This document shows positions 17,757-27,703 of a stretch of 64,000 bases of DNA, piece after piece; positions within the stretch are counted from its first letter, which is position 1, and each line of letters starts with the position of its first letter. The DNA lies in IMG/VR virus record IMGVR_UViG_3300031669_000001, positions 1 to 64,000 of that record; one strand, given 5' to 3'. Under the pieces are notes generated by a model. That model saw only the letters and a list, made by a program, of their open reading frames with translations, was not told the origin of the DNA and did not search any database. The position numbers and the translations under genes were made by a program.

Positions 17757-18250
17757 GCTAACACATCCACCTCTTCAATGTTGTAATCGACGTTTTCAAT
17801 GTAAAGATACCGTTGCTCGAAGAATGGATGTCCCTTAGGATATCCCAATGACAACAGCAAGGCTTTTTCACGGGCTGTAATTATCTTCTGACGAGCTTTA
17901 AAGAACGCCTCGTTACGCTTCGCGATTCGTTTGTTCTTTAGTTCGATCTTCGTGCGCTCATTGCGCATCTTCTGGGTGATCTGTTCTTTGCCGAGTCCTG
18001 GCGCCCAGCGAGGATACGGCAAGAGATGTTCACACTCAACCTTACCAAGTTCACCGTCTATAACGTCGCGGAGTTCTCGAAGCTTTTCAGCAGCTTCCGT
18101 GTCTTTTACATGTTCCGCTTCTAACTCCAAGACTTTGGCTTCTGCCTTTGCCTTGTCAGCTGTTACAGCTTCATTTTTAGACCAAGAATCGTCGTAGCGG
18201 CCGCCAGATGCAACTATCAGGTACATGATGTCTGTCATTATGTGTTCCAC
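17753..18250 (-). CDS. Hypothetical protein
   Basis: Operon packing. Confidence 0.6.
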   Translation of the reverse strand: MEHIMTDIMYLIVASGGRYDDSWSKNEAVTADKAKAEAKVLELEAEHVKDTEAAEKLRELRDVIDGELGKVECEHLLPYPRWAPGLGKEQITQKMRNERTKIELKNKRIAKRNEAFFKARQKIITAREKALLLSLGYPKGHPFFEQRYLYIENVDYNIEEVDVLA

Positions 18251-18423
18251 AAAATGGTTGTAAAAATTATCAGAGCTTCAATCCACCATAATCCTATCAA
18301 CATTGGACGAAGATTTCGATTCAAACGTTCGTAGTACATTGCGATCAAAATTCCAGGAACGAACAGTGGAATGACCAACAATGAGAAGAAGAAAGAGTTA
18401 TCCATTTCAGAACTTTGGATCAA
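18238..18423 (-). CDS. Small two-TM membrane protein
   Basis: Two hydrophobic stretches. Confidence 0.55.
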   Translation of the reverse strand: MIQSSEMDNSFFFSLLVIPLFVPGILIAMYYERLNRNLRPMLIGLWWIEALIIFTTILWNT

Positions 18424-18685
18424 ACTCGCAGCCTACATCGACTGGCGCAAACTCTGGATTTTGTTGGAGAAGATATTCTACTTCCGCTGCATCTTCTTCA
18501 GCAAGAAAGGCTTCGAAATCATTCAATAGAGAAGAAACGAGGCAATTGTCGATCTTGGCATCGCCATCGATAACCATGATGCCATACTTAACATTACGAG
18601 AAATGGCAAATTCTACAAGATCAGCTTCAGGAAAACCGTTATGATTTGCGATCATAGCTACTGTGCTCCACATAGTTACCTCCAT
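18407..18685 (-). CDS. Acidic early protein
   Basis: First ORF after early promoter; GGAGG SD; D/E-rich. Confidence 0.65.
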   Translation of the reverse strand: MEVTMWSTVAMIANHNGFPEADLVEFAISRNVKYGIMVIDGDAKIDNCLVSSLLNDFEAFLAEEDAAEVEYLLQQNPEFAPVDVGCEFDPKF

Positions 18686-18704
18686 TGCAATTTACGATAA
18701 GGTA

Positions 18705-18733
18705 ATTATAACACAATGGCACAAAAAGTAAAC
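18705..18733 (-). promoter_or_regulatory. T4-early-like promoter
   Basis: GTTTAC-17-TATAAT. Confidence 0.8.
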
Positions 18734-18742
18734 ACTTTTGTG

Positions 18743-19108
18743 CTATCCGCGACGCATCTTAGAGATATCGATAGCATTCTCAGCAGAAAATACTGGAACA
18801 GAGTTTGACTTGTGCATCGTTGCAATGCCAATCATGGCGGTGCCGGTGTAGACGTTGCGATCTTTCTTGAAAGTTTCGATAGCGTTTGATTTGAGAGACT
18901 CAACGCGCTTGAAGTCCTCAGCTCCTTCTCGAAGAGGCTGAGGACTTTTCAGATCGATAGGTTGAAACTTCGTGCTTTCATTCTTGACACCATAGTGCTT
19001 AAGGTGTCTTTCCCATTCCAATGATCTTTTTGTTTTCTGTTTCCTCGTTAACTTTGAAGTTTGCAGAGTGTAGATCAACATGCTTGTGCCTCTTCTTATT
19101 GCGCTCAT
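18743..19108 (-). CDS. Conserved T4-like phage hypothetical protein
   Basis: YTGT..IGIATMHKSNSVPVFS...ISKMRR motif recalled from T4-like phages. Confidence 0.6.
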   Translation of the reverse strand: MSAIRRGTSMLIYTLQTSKLTRKQKTKRSLEWERHLKHYGVKNESTKFQPIDLKSPQPLREGAEDFKRVESLKSNAIETFKKDRNVYTGTAMIGIATMHKSNSVPVFSAENAIDISKMRRG

Positions 19109-19481
19109 AGCGCTCGTGTTCTAACCATTTTCTATTCAGTTCTTCTTTTCGAATCTTTTCTTCTTTATGGCGTTGTTCTTCAACCTGGTGTTCTCGAATC
19201 AAAGCTTCCTTCTTATAAATCTGAGACATCAGATCGTAACCAACTGAGGTGCACATCTGATAGAAAGCGATGTAAGCGTCAGCTGGATTTTTTGTTTTTA
19301 ACTTGTAAGCGTCAGTGTTGAGACCACTGTAAGGGAAATCTTTCGAAGAAACGGTGCGGGAGTTTATCTGTTCAAGAGGAACCCCAACGTCACGGAGAGT
19401 GACAACGCTGCGAGCATACAACCCAATTTTATCACACTGTTTATCGATAGGTTTTGTTGGTGCCGAAGCACATCCTACCAA
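18999..19481 (-). CDS. Lipoprotein-like protein with truncated signal peptide
   Basis: LVGCAS lipobox, but in-frame TAA directly upstream. Confidence 0.45.
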   Translation of the reverse strand: MVGCASAPTKPIDKQCDKIGLYARSVVTLRDVGVPLEQINSRTVSSKDFPYSGLNTDAYKLKTKNPADAYIAFYQMCTSVGYDLMSQIYKKEALIREHQVEEQRHKEEKIRKEELNRKWLEHERYERNKKRHKHVDLHSANFKVNEETENKKIIGMGKTP

Positions 19482-19489
19482 TAATTATT

Positions 19490-20863
19490 TCAATGTTTGA
19501 GGATAGGAACAGTCTTGCCATGTATCTCTAACGAGAACGTGTAAAATTTGTTCTTGTTGACTTCAGCAACCAGCTCCTCGAAAAACTTCTCAGGCTCTAC
19601 CTTGTATTTCTGCACGTTACCTTGCTGCCAATTGCGAGGTAGCTCCTTGTTCGACAAGATAGCATCATCCCATTTAAGGTTGACGGTGTTACCATCAACT
19701 ATAACAGGTAAGAATCCTTGAGTGTCACAATTGCTACGTTTAACGCTCAACGCCAGACAATGTCTTATAATTTCACGGGCATTGAGATCCGTATTGATAA
19801 ACTGTGGAAGGTAAAAGTTTCCATCCTTCTCCATCACTACAAATTGGCTCATCAAATCTGTCTTCGATAACACTTCAGCATCCTGAAGATCTTCGACGTA
19901 CATATTGTTAGCGGAATTGTAACGTTGATTCTTCAAGACTATCTTTTCCCTGGTGAAGATATTCTTCACCTCATTCTTGATGAGCATTGCGTCGCTCTCT
20001 GCAAACTTGGCTTTAGCAGCGTAAACCACCTTGGCGCCGTAGGTGTCTCCAGCGATGGAGAGTGAAGGTTGCTGTTGGTTAACCCTGTCCAGCGCCCAAT
20101 TGAGAATGAAATCGTGATCACCTTGAAAAGCTTTCTTAAGCTCAGCGATCTTTGGAGTGCTTGGAAGATCGATAGAAGATTTTGCGGTTGGAATCATCAG
20201 GTAACGGTCCTTTACTACAAACTTCGTCAGTTGGTGTTGAACGTAGTTGCGACCGTAGTAAGTAACAGTAGGCTTACCATCTTTGTCAAGCTTCAAATCT
20301 TCAGTGGTTTGAACGAGACAGCAGACCTTACCAAAGTATTGAGCTTCTGTTCCATCCACCATCGTTACCAGATCGCCAGGTTTGAGGCTCTTGAGAGTGA
20401 ACTTGTCAGAGCTCTTCATGCGTGTGGTTTGAGCGAAGGCAGCCTGATACTCTTCTGAATTTTCAAGCAACAGCGCGTTCTTAGCACCATCACGGGCGTA
20501 CAGACACTTACCCTTGATCAAACCGTTCTCGATGGTTGTCAACTCCATGAGCATCATGAGGTTGCCAGACGTGATCTCAATCTCGAAACCGCGAGGGTCT
20601 TCAACGCGCCAGACAGACGCGCCGCTACCAAACCAATCCCTTGAACGAGTAACGTCGCCGACGAAGCGGAAGCCTTCGACAGGTACGTTGTCGATGGTTA
20701 CGTAAGAGGCATTTTTTCCTGCCCAGCCTTCAACTGTACTCTTACGTTTATTGGCTGCAGAATCTTTTCCTTCTGGTGTTGCAAATCCAAGTGGAAACTT
20801 TCCACCCATTCCACAGCTTGTACCACTACGCTTACCTACAAAGTATTGGTCAGGAAAGTGCAT
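19490..20863 (-). CDS. Large phage hypothetical protein
   Basis: 457 aa ORF, GGAG SD. Confidence 0.75.
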   Translation of the reverse strand: MHFPDQYFVGKRSGTSCGMGGKFPLGFATPEGKDSAANKRKSTVEGWAGKNASYVTIDNVPVEGFRFVGDVTRSRDWFGSGASVWRVEDPRGFEIEITSGNLMMLMELTTIENGLIKGKCLYARDGAKNALLLENSEEYQAAFAQTTRMKSSDKFTLKSLKPGDLVTMVDGTEAQYFGKVCCLVQTTEDLKLDKDGKPTVTYYGRNYVQHQLTKFVVKDRYLMIPTAKSSIDLPSTPKIAELKKAFQGDHDFILNWALDRVNQQQPSLSIAGDTYGAKVVYAAKAKFAESDAMLIKNEVKNIFTREKIVLKNQRYNSANNMYVEDLQDAEVLSKTDLMSQFVVMEKDGNFYLPQFINTDLNAREIIRHCLALSVKRSNCDTQGFLPVIVDGNTVNLKWDDAILSNKELPRNWQQGNVQKYKVEPEKFFEELVAEVNKNKFYTFSLEIHGKTVPILKH

Positions 20864-20865
20864 CG

Positions 20866-21126
20866 TTATTCTCCGTCGTCGAAATTGTCTTCGTTGTCTT
20901 CAGCTTTCTTACGCCCTTCAAGATCAGTTGGCTGCAGTGGGAACTCACCTTGAATCTGGCCACAGTCTGCACAGTATTCAAATTGAATGTCATCTCCACC
21001 ACCAACGCCTAGATCATCAGGCACGTAGCCTTCATGTTCTTTTTCTCCGATGGAGCACACGCACAAGTCGCTGACCTTACCATACAGGTTGACTATCCTG
21101 TCACTCTTACACTTTTGACATCTCAT
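20866..21126 (-). CDS. Acidic Zn-ribbon protein
   Basis: CQKC...CADC; acidic tail. Confidence 0.65.
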   Translation of the reverse strand: MRCQKCKSDRIVNLYGKVSDLCVCSIGEKEHEGYVPDDLGVGGGDDIQFEYCADCGQIQGEFPLQPTDLEGRKKAEDNEDNFDDGE

Positions 21127-21205
21127 TGCTTTTTCCTTTACTTAGTTATTTGTGCTCTAATTGCAGACCATGGAACTTCTATAGTTGTTCCATCCTCGTC
21201 TCCAT

Positions 21206-22348
21206 TCATCGTGAACCTCTCAAGTTATAAAATTTGCGCAGCCATTCTACCATCCACGCGTCGAACTTCTTCATAAATTCAGCGTTACACTCTGGAAGGT
21301 CTGTTGTTTTTTCCAGATCCTTTAGCTCGTCAAGCTTTGAAGCAAGCTCTTCCTTGATAGGATCGAGTGGAAGTTCTCCACGCTTGATTGACAGGAGGTG
21401 GTTTACGTAATTTTCATCAAATGGGAACGACAGCTTCCGAGTTGACAGGATTTGAAGACCCTCATCAACGATGCGCAGCGCGTGCATGGTAGCCTTCCAA
21501 TCAACGTTGTTTGCAGTCGCAGCGTCGGCACGAGATCCATATTTCTTCTCAAGAGCGTGAACAACTTTGAGGGTCTGGATCAAACTGTTTGTGAACGGTA
21601 GGGTCTTCTCGAGGATCACAGCGCAAGGCTTCATCACACCGCCACCGATGTCATATTCTTCCAGGCGGAAGTACTTTGGAAACTTCTTGGCTAGATCGTT
21701 GAGCAGGCCGGAGTACCGAGGAGTCTGATAGATTTCGCTCAGCTTCATCTCATCTTCTTTGTAGTAGACGTCAGCGTCACCTATGATCACTTGAAGTTCA
21801 CGCACAGCGTTCAGCCTCTCACCCTTGAATGAGTAAAGAGAAGCTTGGTTGACAACGTAACCCATCATCGCTTTGATGTTAGACGTCAGGAATTTGGTGC
21901 GAAGTTCACGCACGAACTGTACGAAGAGAGGAACTTCGTAGTCGTAATCGTCAAACTGAACATCACGAATTGCAATCATAAAGTCATACATTGGTCCATC
22001 AACTGCAGAAGTTCCAATGCAGTATCGTCCAACCTCTCCACGCGGATCGAAGATCTTCTGTTCAGCGTGATCGCCTTCCATAGCGAACGCAAGTTCGATT
22101 GCGTATGTTTGACCTTCAACGAAGTGACGAGCGAAGATTTGCAGAGGGATGAACTCTTCATCCACGTCATCTGCAGAGTTTCGGGTGTGCTCTACTTTGT
22201 TTGTCTTCTTAACCTTCGCTTCGAGCTTCTTACCTAACAACATATCGTCAAGATCAGGCAGCACGATATGCTTGATGTCGCGATCAGAGGCTGGAGTAGA
22301 AGTTCCGTAGAGCTTCGATCCATAGAGAGTTGTAAAAAGTTTTTTCAC
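21206..22348 (-). CDS. Pol-beta-superfamily nucleotidyltransferase (GTG start 22348)
   Basis: LYGSKLYGTSTPASDRD (GS...DxD); C-terminal DWKATMHALR...LL.IKRGE. Confidence 0.8.
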   Translation of the reverse strand: MKKLFTTLYGSKLYGTSTPASDRDIKHIVLPDLDDMLLGKKLEAKVKKTNKVEHTRNSADDVDEEFIPLQIFARHFVEGQTYAIELAFAMEGDHAEQKIFDPRGEVGRYCIGTSAVDGPMYDFMIAIRDVQFDDYDYEVPLFVQFVRELRTKFLTSNIKAMMGYVVNQASLYSFKGERLNAVRELQVIIGDADVYYKEDEMKLSEIYQTPRYSGLLNDLAKKFPKYFRLEEYDIGGGVMKPCAVILEKTLPFTNSLIQTLKVVHALEKKYGSRADAATANNVDWKATMHALRIVDEGLQILSTRKLSFPFDENYVNHLLSIKRGELPLDPIKEELASKLDELKDLEKTTDLPECNAEFMKKFDAWMVEWLRKFYNLRGSR

Positions 22349-22506
22349 GTTAGGAGGTTCTTTCTTTTGACGGTTCCACATTTTGTACATTGAAGGTCGT
22401 AATAGCTTCCACAGGGTACGCCATTATTTGTAATTTTGCCCTGAAAGTTAATTTTCCATTGGTGATCACAGCCACCCCAAATCAGATGCCACAAAAATTT
22501 TATCAC
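22345..22506 (-). CDS. Small Zn-ribbon-like protein (53 aa; not in ORF track)
   Basis: CDHQW...QCTKCG; GTGA overlap with the nucleotidyltransferase start. Confidence 0.55.
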   Translation of the reverse strand: MIKFLWHLIWGGCDHQWKINFQGKITNNGVPCGSYYDLQCTKCGTVKRKNLLT

Positions 22507-22703
22507 TTTTTAATCCTGTCGTATTTTGAGTTCATTTCGAGTGAGCGGGGAATTCATCAGTGCATCCCAGATGGGTGTCTATCTTGATTTTGAATGAAAC
22601 TGGCGCGCTTGGCTGCTTCAGCGTTGGAGGCGCGGTTTTTGTCACAGTTTTAGTTTTACTGAACAGCTTAAACACATTACATCCTCATTCAATCTATAGG
22701 CGC

Positions 22704-22733
22704 ATTTTAACACAAAAGAACTCAAAAGTAAAC
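22704..22733 (-). promoter_or_regulatory. T4-early-like promoter
   Basis: GTTTAC-18-TAAAAT. Confidence 0.7.
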
Positions 22734-22794
22734 AGAAAAGTGAGCCGGTGCACCAAATAAATAAATCTAGAAACTAACCTATACGAGATCAAAC

Positions 22795-23211
22795 ATGGCT
22801 AAAGTACATCCAATAATTTTCGAAGAACTTCAAGATGACAAAAATCTTCTTTTCTTGACGCTGATCGAGTACAAGAAGGTCAAGTACCTCACCATCGTCG
22901 AAAACATCATCGACACAGAGATTCAAGCTTACATCCTTGACAACCTAGCTGCAGAAGGTATCGATCAAGATTGGTTCTTGAGCGTGGCTACTAAGTGGTT
23001 CTATGCTGCTTCTGACAGATACCCACTTTCTTTTGAGTTTGCGAAACTTGGCAACGGTGACGTTGTTAGGAAGTCTCTCAAGACTTTCAACATCAACTCT
23101 ACATCTCGAATCATTGGGAAGTTGTTCACCTACGACATCAACAGCAAGCCAAAGATCAAGCGTAGGAAGGTAGTTGCGATGCCTGAAAACGCTGAGATCA
23201 AATTCAAATAG
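22795..23211 (+). CDS. Hypothetical protein
   Basis: Plus-strand two-gene island preceded by AATAAATA (22756-22763). Confidence 0.75.
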   Translation: MAKVHPIIFEELQDDKNLLFLTLIEYKKVKYLTIVENIIDTEIQAYILDNLAAEGIDQDWFLSVATKWFYAASDRYPLSFEFAKLGNGDVVRKSLKTFNINSTSRIIGKLFTYDINSKPKIKRRKVVAMPENAEIKFK

Positions 23212-23219
23212 GAGACATC

Positions 23220-23663
23220 ATGAACTGCTGTGATACAACTTTAGCTGCACAAGGCACTTATTGCTGCCCTATTTGCATGAAAGATACCCCTCACTCGCAT
23301 TCGTTTGACAAGTGGATAGGTGTAGACTTTGATGGAACTGTTGCATACTCTATTCCAAATCGAACTGACGCTTACGTTCTTGGAGAACCAATTCCAACTA
23401 TGATCTATCGCATCAGAGATTGGGTGGCTAAAGGTTACACCGTTAAACTTTTGACAGCTAGGATGAACGAACAATCTAGCACAGGCATCACCAGAGACGT
23501 CAACAAGATGAAGCAATTGCTGCAGGAATGGTGTGTCAAACACATCGGGGTAGCGCTTGAATGTACAAATTCAAAAGACGGTTGGATGGAAGTATTGTGG
23601 GATGACAGAGCTGTTGGAGTTATCCCTGATACAGGAATGCCTACTCAATCGTTTACGGCTTGA
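23220..23663 (+). CDS. HAD-superfamily phosphatase (polynucleotide 3'-phosphatase-like)
   Basis: GVDFDGT motif I, TAR motif II, K..WDDRA motif IV. Confidence 0.8.
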   Translation: MNCCDTTLAAQGTYCCPICMKDTPHSHSFDKWIGVDFDGTVAYSIPNRTDAYVLGEPIPTMIYRIRDWVAKGYTVKLLTARMNEQSSTGITRDVNKMKQLLQEWCVKHIGVALECTNSKDGWMEVLWDDRAVGVIPDTGMPTQSFTA

Positions 23664-23669
23664 GAAATC

Positions 23670-24860
23670 TTACCCATAGTATCCGCGATTAATGTTTACG
23701 CTAAAGCAGTGATCTTTCGCCCATGCATCTACAAGGGTAAGCTCTTCTGCTGTTGCGGCACGGTTAGCGATCCCGCGCGCCTGGACTATCGAACCAGCCT
23801 CAGTTACTTCAATCGTCAACTTACGGTGAGTTCCACCATATTCATCCTCGTTAGAGAGCGACCAGATAGAAACAGAACCCTTGATACAGCGATCTTTGTA
23901 GCTTAATACGCAGTGTCGTTGGGAGTTACCTTCCTGTTGAAGGTCCTTAGCGGTCTTGATCTGCTTGAAGAACCAGCGCTGTACCTTTCCAGTCCTAAAC
24001 TTTCGATTGTAAGTCTGATCTGGAACATCCAAGCCGTCCCAAGTTGCATTACCGATGACCTTCATTCGGCGAAGATCGTAGTGCCAGTCTTTCATCTTCT
24101 TGGTCAGAGATTCAACGGTCTGCCCAGAACCTGCTAGGGTGAAGGTTGGATTTCCAACGTGCTTGTGATTCAAATAGTCGACGAGATCGTTGATCTGATC
24201 GATGGTGATGTTATTTTCGTGAGCGAAGAATCGCATCACGTACTTCCAAAATTCGGTAGGCTTCTTCTCTACGAGCTTAGAACGAGCGACTCTAAGAGCG
24301 CTTCCGTCCTTCGCGCCAACGCACTTGCAGATTGCGTAGATGAGAGCCTGAGGGATGGTAAGATCGTACTTACAGTTCAAGAAGGCGTGAGTCTCCTTCT
24401 TGGACAAAGCTTTGTCCTTGAAGTATTCTTTGTAGAGAGAGCCACCAGTAGCAATGCAGATGTACCACATCTCAAATTCATGGTATCGTTGACGCGTGCC
24501 AGGAGCACGACCATATCCAGGTTGAACTGTATCGCCGCTATATTCCCAGATGTAGTTCATGAAGCTGGGAACAGGATACTTCTGAAAAACATAGCGAACC
24601 AACTCAAGAGTTTGCTTAGCGCGATTAGCGCTCTTGGTCTTCATCACGAAGAGGTTCTCATCGCGAACGAAATACTCTCGATACTCTTCAAGACGATTCA
24701 GCAGCGGAGGGTTAGCTTTTGCAGCAGCTTCTTTCTTCTCTTTATTTTGCTTGGCGATGCGAGCGGAAGCTGCGGCTAGCGCAGCTTCCTCGATTTCCAA
24801 TTTGTTTGGTTTTGGTTTCTTGCTGCTCATTACTGTACGCAGACTCCTGGTGTACCACAC
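23670..24860 (-). CDS. PcfJ-like domain protein
   Basis: L..EG....HCV.SY...C..G...IWSL...TIEV....I.QARG..NR. Confidence 0.75.
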   Translation of the reverse strand: MWYTRSLRTVMSSKKPKPNKLEIEEAALAAASARIAKQNKEKKEAAAKANPPLLNRLEEYREYFVRDENLFVMKTKSANRAKQTLELVRYVFQKYPVPSFMNYIWEYSGDTVQPGYGRAPGTRQRYHEFEMWYICIATGGSLYKEYFKDKALSKKETHAFLNCKYDLTIPQALIYAICKCVGAKDGSALRVARSKLVEKKPTEFWKYVMRFFAHENNITIDQINDLVDYLNHKHVGNPTFTLAGSGQTVESLTKKMKDWHYDLRRMKVIGNATWDGLDVPDQTYNRKFRTGKVQRWFFKQIKTAKDLQQEGNSQRHCVLSYKDRCIKGSVSIWSLSNEDEYGGTHRKLTIEVTEAGSIVQARGIANRAATAEELTLVDAWAKDHCFSVNINRGYYG

Positions 24861-25075
24861 GCACCTGTTACAAGAGCGAACAAGAGATGGAAGATAGAAC
24901 CTAGCACGTTAAAAAATCCGTAAATTATCGGCCAGAGAGCATCTGTCCAGAGCTGCGAAAGCAATCCTGTTTCAGCAAGAAACAGAAAGAAGAAGAAAGT
25001 AAAGATGCAGAGCATGACGAAAGATGTTTTTACCATCCAACGCGGTGCAAAAAAGTAAAAGAGTAGAGTTTTCAT
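24830..25075 (-). CDS. Small membrane protein
   Basis: Hydrophobic, operon packing. Confidence 0.55.
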   Translation of the reverse strand: MKTLLFYFFAPRWMVKTSFVMLCIFTFFFFLFLAETGLLSQLWTDALWPIIYGFFNVLGSIFHLLFALVTGACGTPGVCVQ

Positions 25076-25081
25076 GATAGC

Positions 25082-25384
25082 TTAATCGTTAAAGATCGTC
25101 ACTGTCGATCCGCGAAGATTCGGGAAAGCTTTGCAAGTTTCTTTCGTTGGTACGAGATGCCATGCTACAAAATCACCTTCGGCATCACGTTCGTAGTTGC
25201 TCATGATGAACTGTGCTTGATGAGAAGTACGAGAAGAGATCATCGTGAAACCGAGATCAGCAGAGTCAGGGTAGATTTGATCGAAAGGATTTACATCTTC
25301 GACGAGACGGCTGAGGCTTGACATCTCTGCAACAAATGACTTCTTGACGGCATCGTAAGAAAATTGCTTTGAGTTGACGATCAT
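25082..25384 (-). CDS. Early hypothetical protein
   Basis: GGAGG SD after early promoter. Confidence 0.7.
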   Translation of the reverse strand: MIVNSKQFSYDAVKKSFVAEMSSLSRLVEDVNPFDQIYPDSADLGFTMISSRTSHQAQFIMSNYERDAEGDFVAWHLVPTKETCKAFPNLRGSTVTIFND

Positions 25385-25414
25385 GATTACCTCCTGTATT
25401 GATTTGATGAGATA

Positions 25415-25443
25415 ATTATATCACAACCGTCAGAAAAGTACAC
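25415..25443 (-). promoter_or_regulatory. T4-early-like promoter
   Basis: GTGTAC-17-TATAAT. Confidence 0.8.
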
Positions 25444-25445
25444 AC

Positions 25446-25970
25446 TTATTTGGCTGTAACTTGCTCATCCATGTACTTCCAGCTTGACTCAAGGTTTTGC
25501 TTGCACTGAGCCATGAAGTCTTTGTTGAAGGATGCCATCAAGTTGTTATCGATATCCCACCAGAAGTCAGAACGATAGCGCAAGTGGCGATCCACATATT
25601 CTTTCGCGCTCTTCCCCTTCAAAGTTTCTGGGACCTGAATAGCCTTGAACCAGTTTTCGATGCGGAGGCCTTTCTTCAGGTGACGTTTGTTGGAGCAAGC
25701 TTCTTGAAATTGAGTGCACCACTGTTCAAAGTCTTCATCAGACAGAGAAGTCAAGACCTGTAGGTTATCACCGTCAACGTTGAAGATGTTTGTTTCACGT
25801 AACGTCAGTTTATCTGCAGCGTGCTGCATCGCTCGTAGAGATTTTGGAAGGGCACCAAATTCAAATTCTGCCGAACCCATGTCATCCATGTTGACGGCCT
25901 GGGAGATTCGGTTTTCGATTGAAAGCGGTGTGTTGATAGTACCACGTTGAACCAGATAAACGTTGCGCAT
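25446..25970 (-). CDS. Early hypothetical protein
   Basis: GGAGG SD after early promoter; MGSAEFEFGALP motif. Confidence 0.75.
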   Translation of the reverse strand: MRNVYLVQRGTINTPLSIENRISQAVNMDDMGSAEFEFGALPKSLRAMQHAADKLTLRETNIFNVDGDNLQVLTSLSDEDFEQWCTQFQEACSNKRHLKKGLRIENWFKAIQVPETLKGKSAKEYVDRHLRYRSDFWWDIDNNLMASFNKDFMAQCKQNLESSWKYMDEQVTAK

Positions 25971-25995
25971 ATTTCCTCCTATTTTCGATGGAGTA

Positions 25996-26024
25996 ATTAT
26001 ATCACAGTGCAGCTAAAAGTACAC
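25996..26024 (-). promoter_or_regulatory. T4-early-like promoter
   Basis: GTGTAC-17-TATAAT. Confidence 0.8.
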
Positions 26025-26602
26025 TAAAATTTGATGCCACCTTTTATAAGGTGAAGTTGAAGCACGATAACTAGCGCGTAAGCTACAGCGTGTGCCTTCT
26101 TGAAAGCGTAACCTTCACTACCAGGCTCTCGCTTGTAAAGGTACTCTCTAGTCTCTGTCTTACCCTCGAGGTAGTACTTCAACAAGTAACGCTTTTGAGG
26201 ACGGATGAGAGCTAAGAAGTCTGCGAGCTCAATGATTGATCGAGGCTTGAGCTGCGTTAAAAGTTCATGATGCTTGGAGATTTGGAATAATTGCTGAACG
26301 ACTGATGGAATCTGCAGCAGCTCCCAATCAGGATCATGCTTCAGAAGCTCGGTGATCTCCTCACGGGAAGAGAAGTGATCATACACGTGGACGTGCAAGA
26401 AATCAATCTTGAAGTAACCCAGCTCTTCCGCTTGCTCGTAGGGGATGGCAGACAACCCGGTTAATGGATCCGTTGGAACGTTTTGGAAGTAGAGGCCGCA
26501 GGGGTGTGGCGACAACTTCCCGTCCTTGTACAGGGATGCCTTCACTGCAGATGGAAATGTCGATGAGTTGAAACTGCTCACTACGTCTATGTCGATGTCC
26601 AT
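26024..26602 (-). CDS. dnaE: DNA polymerase III alpha (DnaE)-like catalytic palm/fingers fragment
   Basis: DIDID, HPCGLY, GYFKIDFL, YAFKKAHAVAYA match family C polymerase motifs. Confidence 0.85.
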   Translation of the reverse strand: MDIDIDVVSSFNSSTFPSAVKASLYKDGKLSPHPCGLYFQNVPTDPLTGLSAIPYEQAEELGYFKIDFLHVHVYDHFSSREEITELLKHDPDWELLQIPSVVQQLFQISKHHELLTQLKPRSIIELADFLALIRPQKRYLLKYYLEGKTETREYLYKREPGSEGYAFKKAHAVAYALVIVLQLHLIKGGIKF

Positions 26603-26705
26603 TGCGGCTTTTCAAAAGTTTGAAGACAACCTTTTCATCAGCATGATACTCAGTATCGATACCGATGAACGGGAGGTCGTAGGGGATGTTCTTATTCACG
26701 AGATG

Positions 26706-26735
26706 ATTATAACATAGTCGAGAATGTAAGTAAAC
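26706..26735 (-). promoter_or_regulatory. T4-early-like promoter
   Basis: GTTTAC-18-TATAAT; predicted +1 at the GTG at 26699. Confidence 0.7.
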
Positions 26736-26762
26736 ATTCTAGACGTACAGGAGACGGAGAAT

Positions 26763-26963
26763 TTAACGACTAAAAACGTGATCAAGAAACTTCGCGTAGT
26801 CTTCCATGTCTTGCTCATTCATGTCGATGATGAGCTTAGGACAAAGGTTAGACTGATGAAGCTTAATGTTCAGAATGCAGCCAAATAAAATATCGTCAAG
26901 CTTTGATTTAGCCCAGATCAGGTCTGGTCTAATAACTCGTAGACTTTTGCTCGGTTCTTCCAT
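26763..26963 (-). CDS. Hypothetical protein
   Basis: Operon packing. Confidence 0.5.
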   Translation of the reverse strand: MEEPSKSLRVIRPDLIWAKSKLDDILFGCILNIKLHQSNLCPKLIIDMNEQDMEDYAKFLDHVFSR

Positions 26964-27127
26964 TTGTCGGTTGTTGCGCTTTTAACTTGAGTTGTTCACG
27001 AAGTTCGTAAACTTCTCTGGTAAGATCGTTGATTGTCTTTTTTGAGGCATCAGCGATTTGCTCTAGCTGCTTGACGTATGTTGCTCTGGACATTTTAACT
27101 CCTTCAACTGGTAAAGGACTTGCAATT

Positions 27128-27667
27128 CTATTTATCTGCTTGCAAGGCTGCCGCTTTCTTTTTCTCGATAAATTTTTTCATTGAGATTGACCTTTTAACG
27201 CGAGATTCTAATAGTTGTGGCTTCCCCTTCAATTGAATTGCTAATTTAGCTTTATGTTCATTTGATAATGGACCAATTTTCTTACCCTTATTCCATGGTG
27301 TATGACCTTTAGAATTTGCTATCTGTTCTAACGATCGTGGACGAAGTTTATTACCTACAGTAGAACCGCCTCTGAGACCATCTTCAAATTTCAAGTTTGC
27401 CCATAAATCTGACGTTACTATATTCCACTGTTCAGAGACCATTAATGCAAACTCTTTGATCTCTTCTTTCTCAGTGAATAAACAATACCAAATAGTTTCA
27501 ACTTTATTCCGACCATACTTATTGATATGATTATTCCAATGAAGACCTCCACCTTTATATTTCTCAAGATTTTTATGTAAAGTTTTTCCAAGATAAAATA
27601 GCCCCCTTCCATCAGTTCTAGTTGATGGATCTGTTGGATGCCACTTGATATAAAGATAGACTGTCAT
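27128..27667 (-). mobile_element. Free-standing GIY-YIG homing endonuclease gene
   Basis: VYLYIKWH...FYLGKT...YKGGG..W..HI; C-terminal TPWNKGKK and NUMOD3-like repeats; AT-rich. Confidence 0.8.
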
Positions 27668-27674
27668 GTCGAAG

Positions 27675-27703
27675 AAAAAGCCTGCAAACATTGCAGGCTT
27701 TTT
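27675..27703. terminator. Intrinsic terminator
   Basis: AAAAAGCCTGCAA-aca-TTGCAGGCTTTTT. Confidence 0.8.

Noticed and set aside
22390-22760. Structured ncRNA or tRNA in the apparent gap
   Set aside because: Explained by two short minus-strand ORFs and an early promoter.
10842-24779. Long plus-strand ORFs (10842..11486, 15273..15749, 15813..16391, 24159..24779) and similar ones
   Set aside because: Antisense shadows of well-supported minus-strand genes; no SD, promoter or recognisable motifs.
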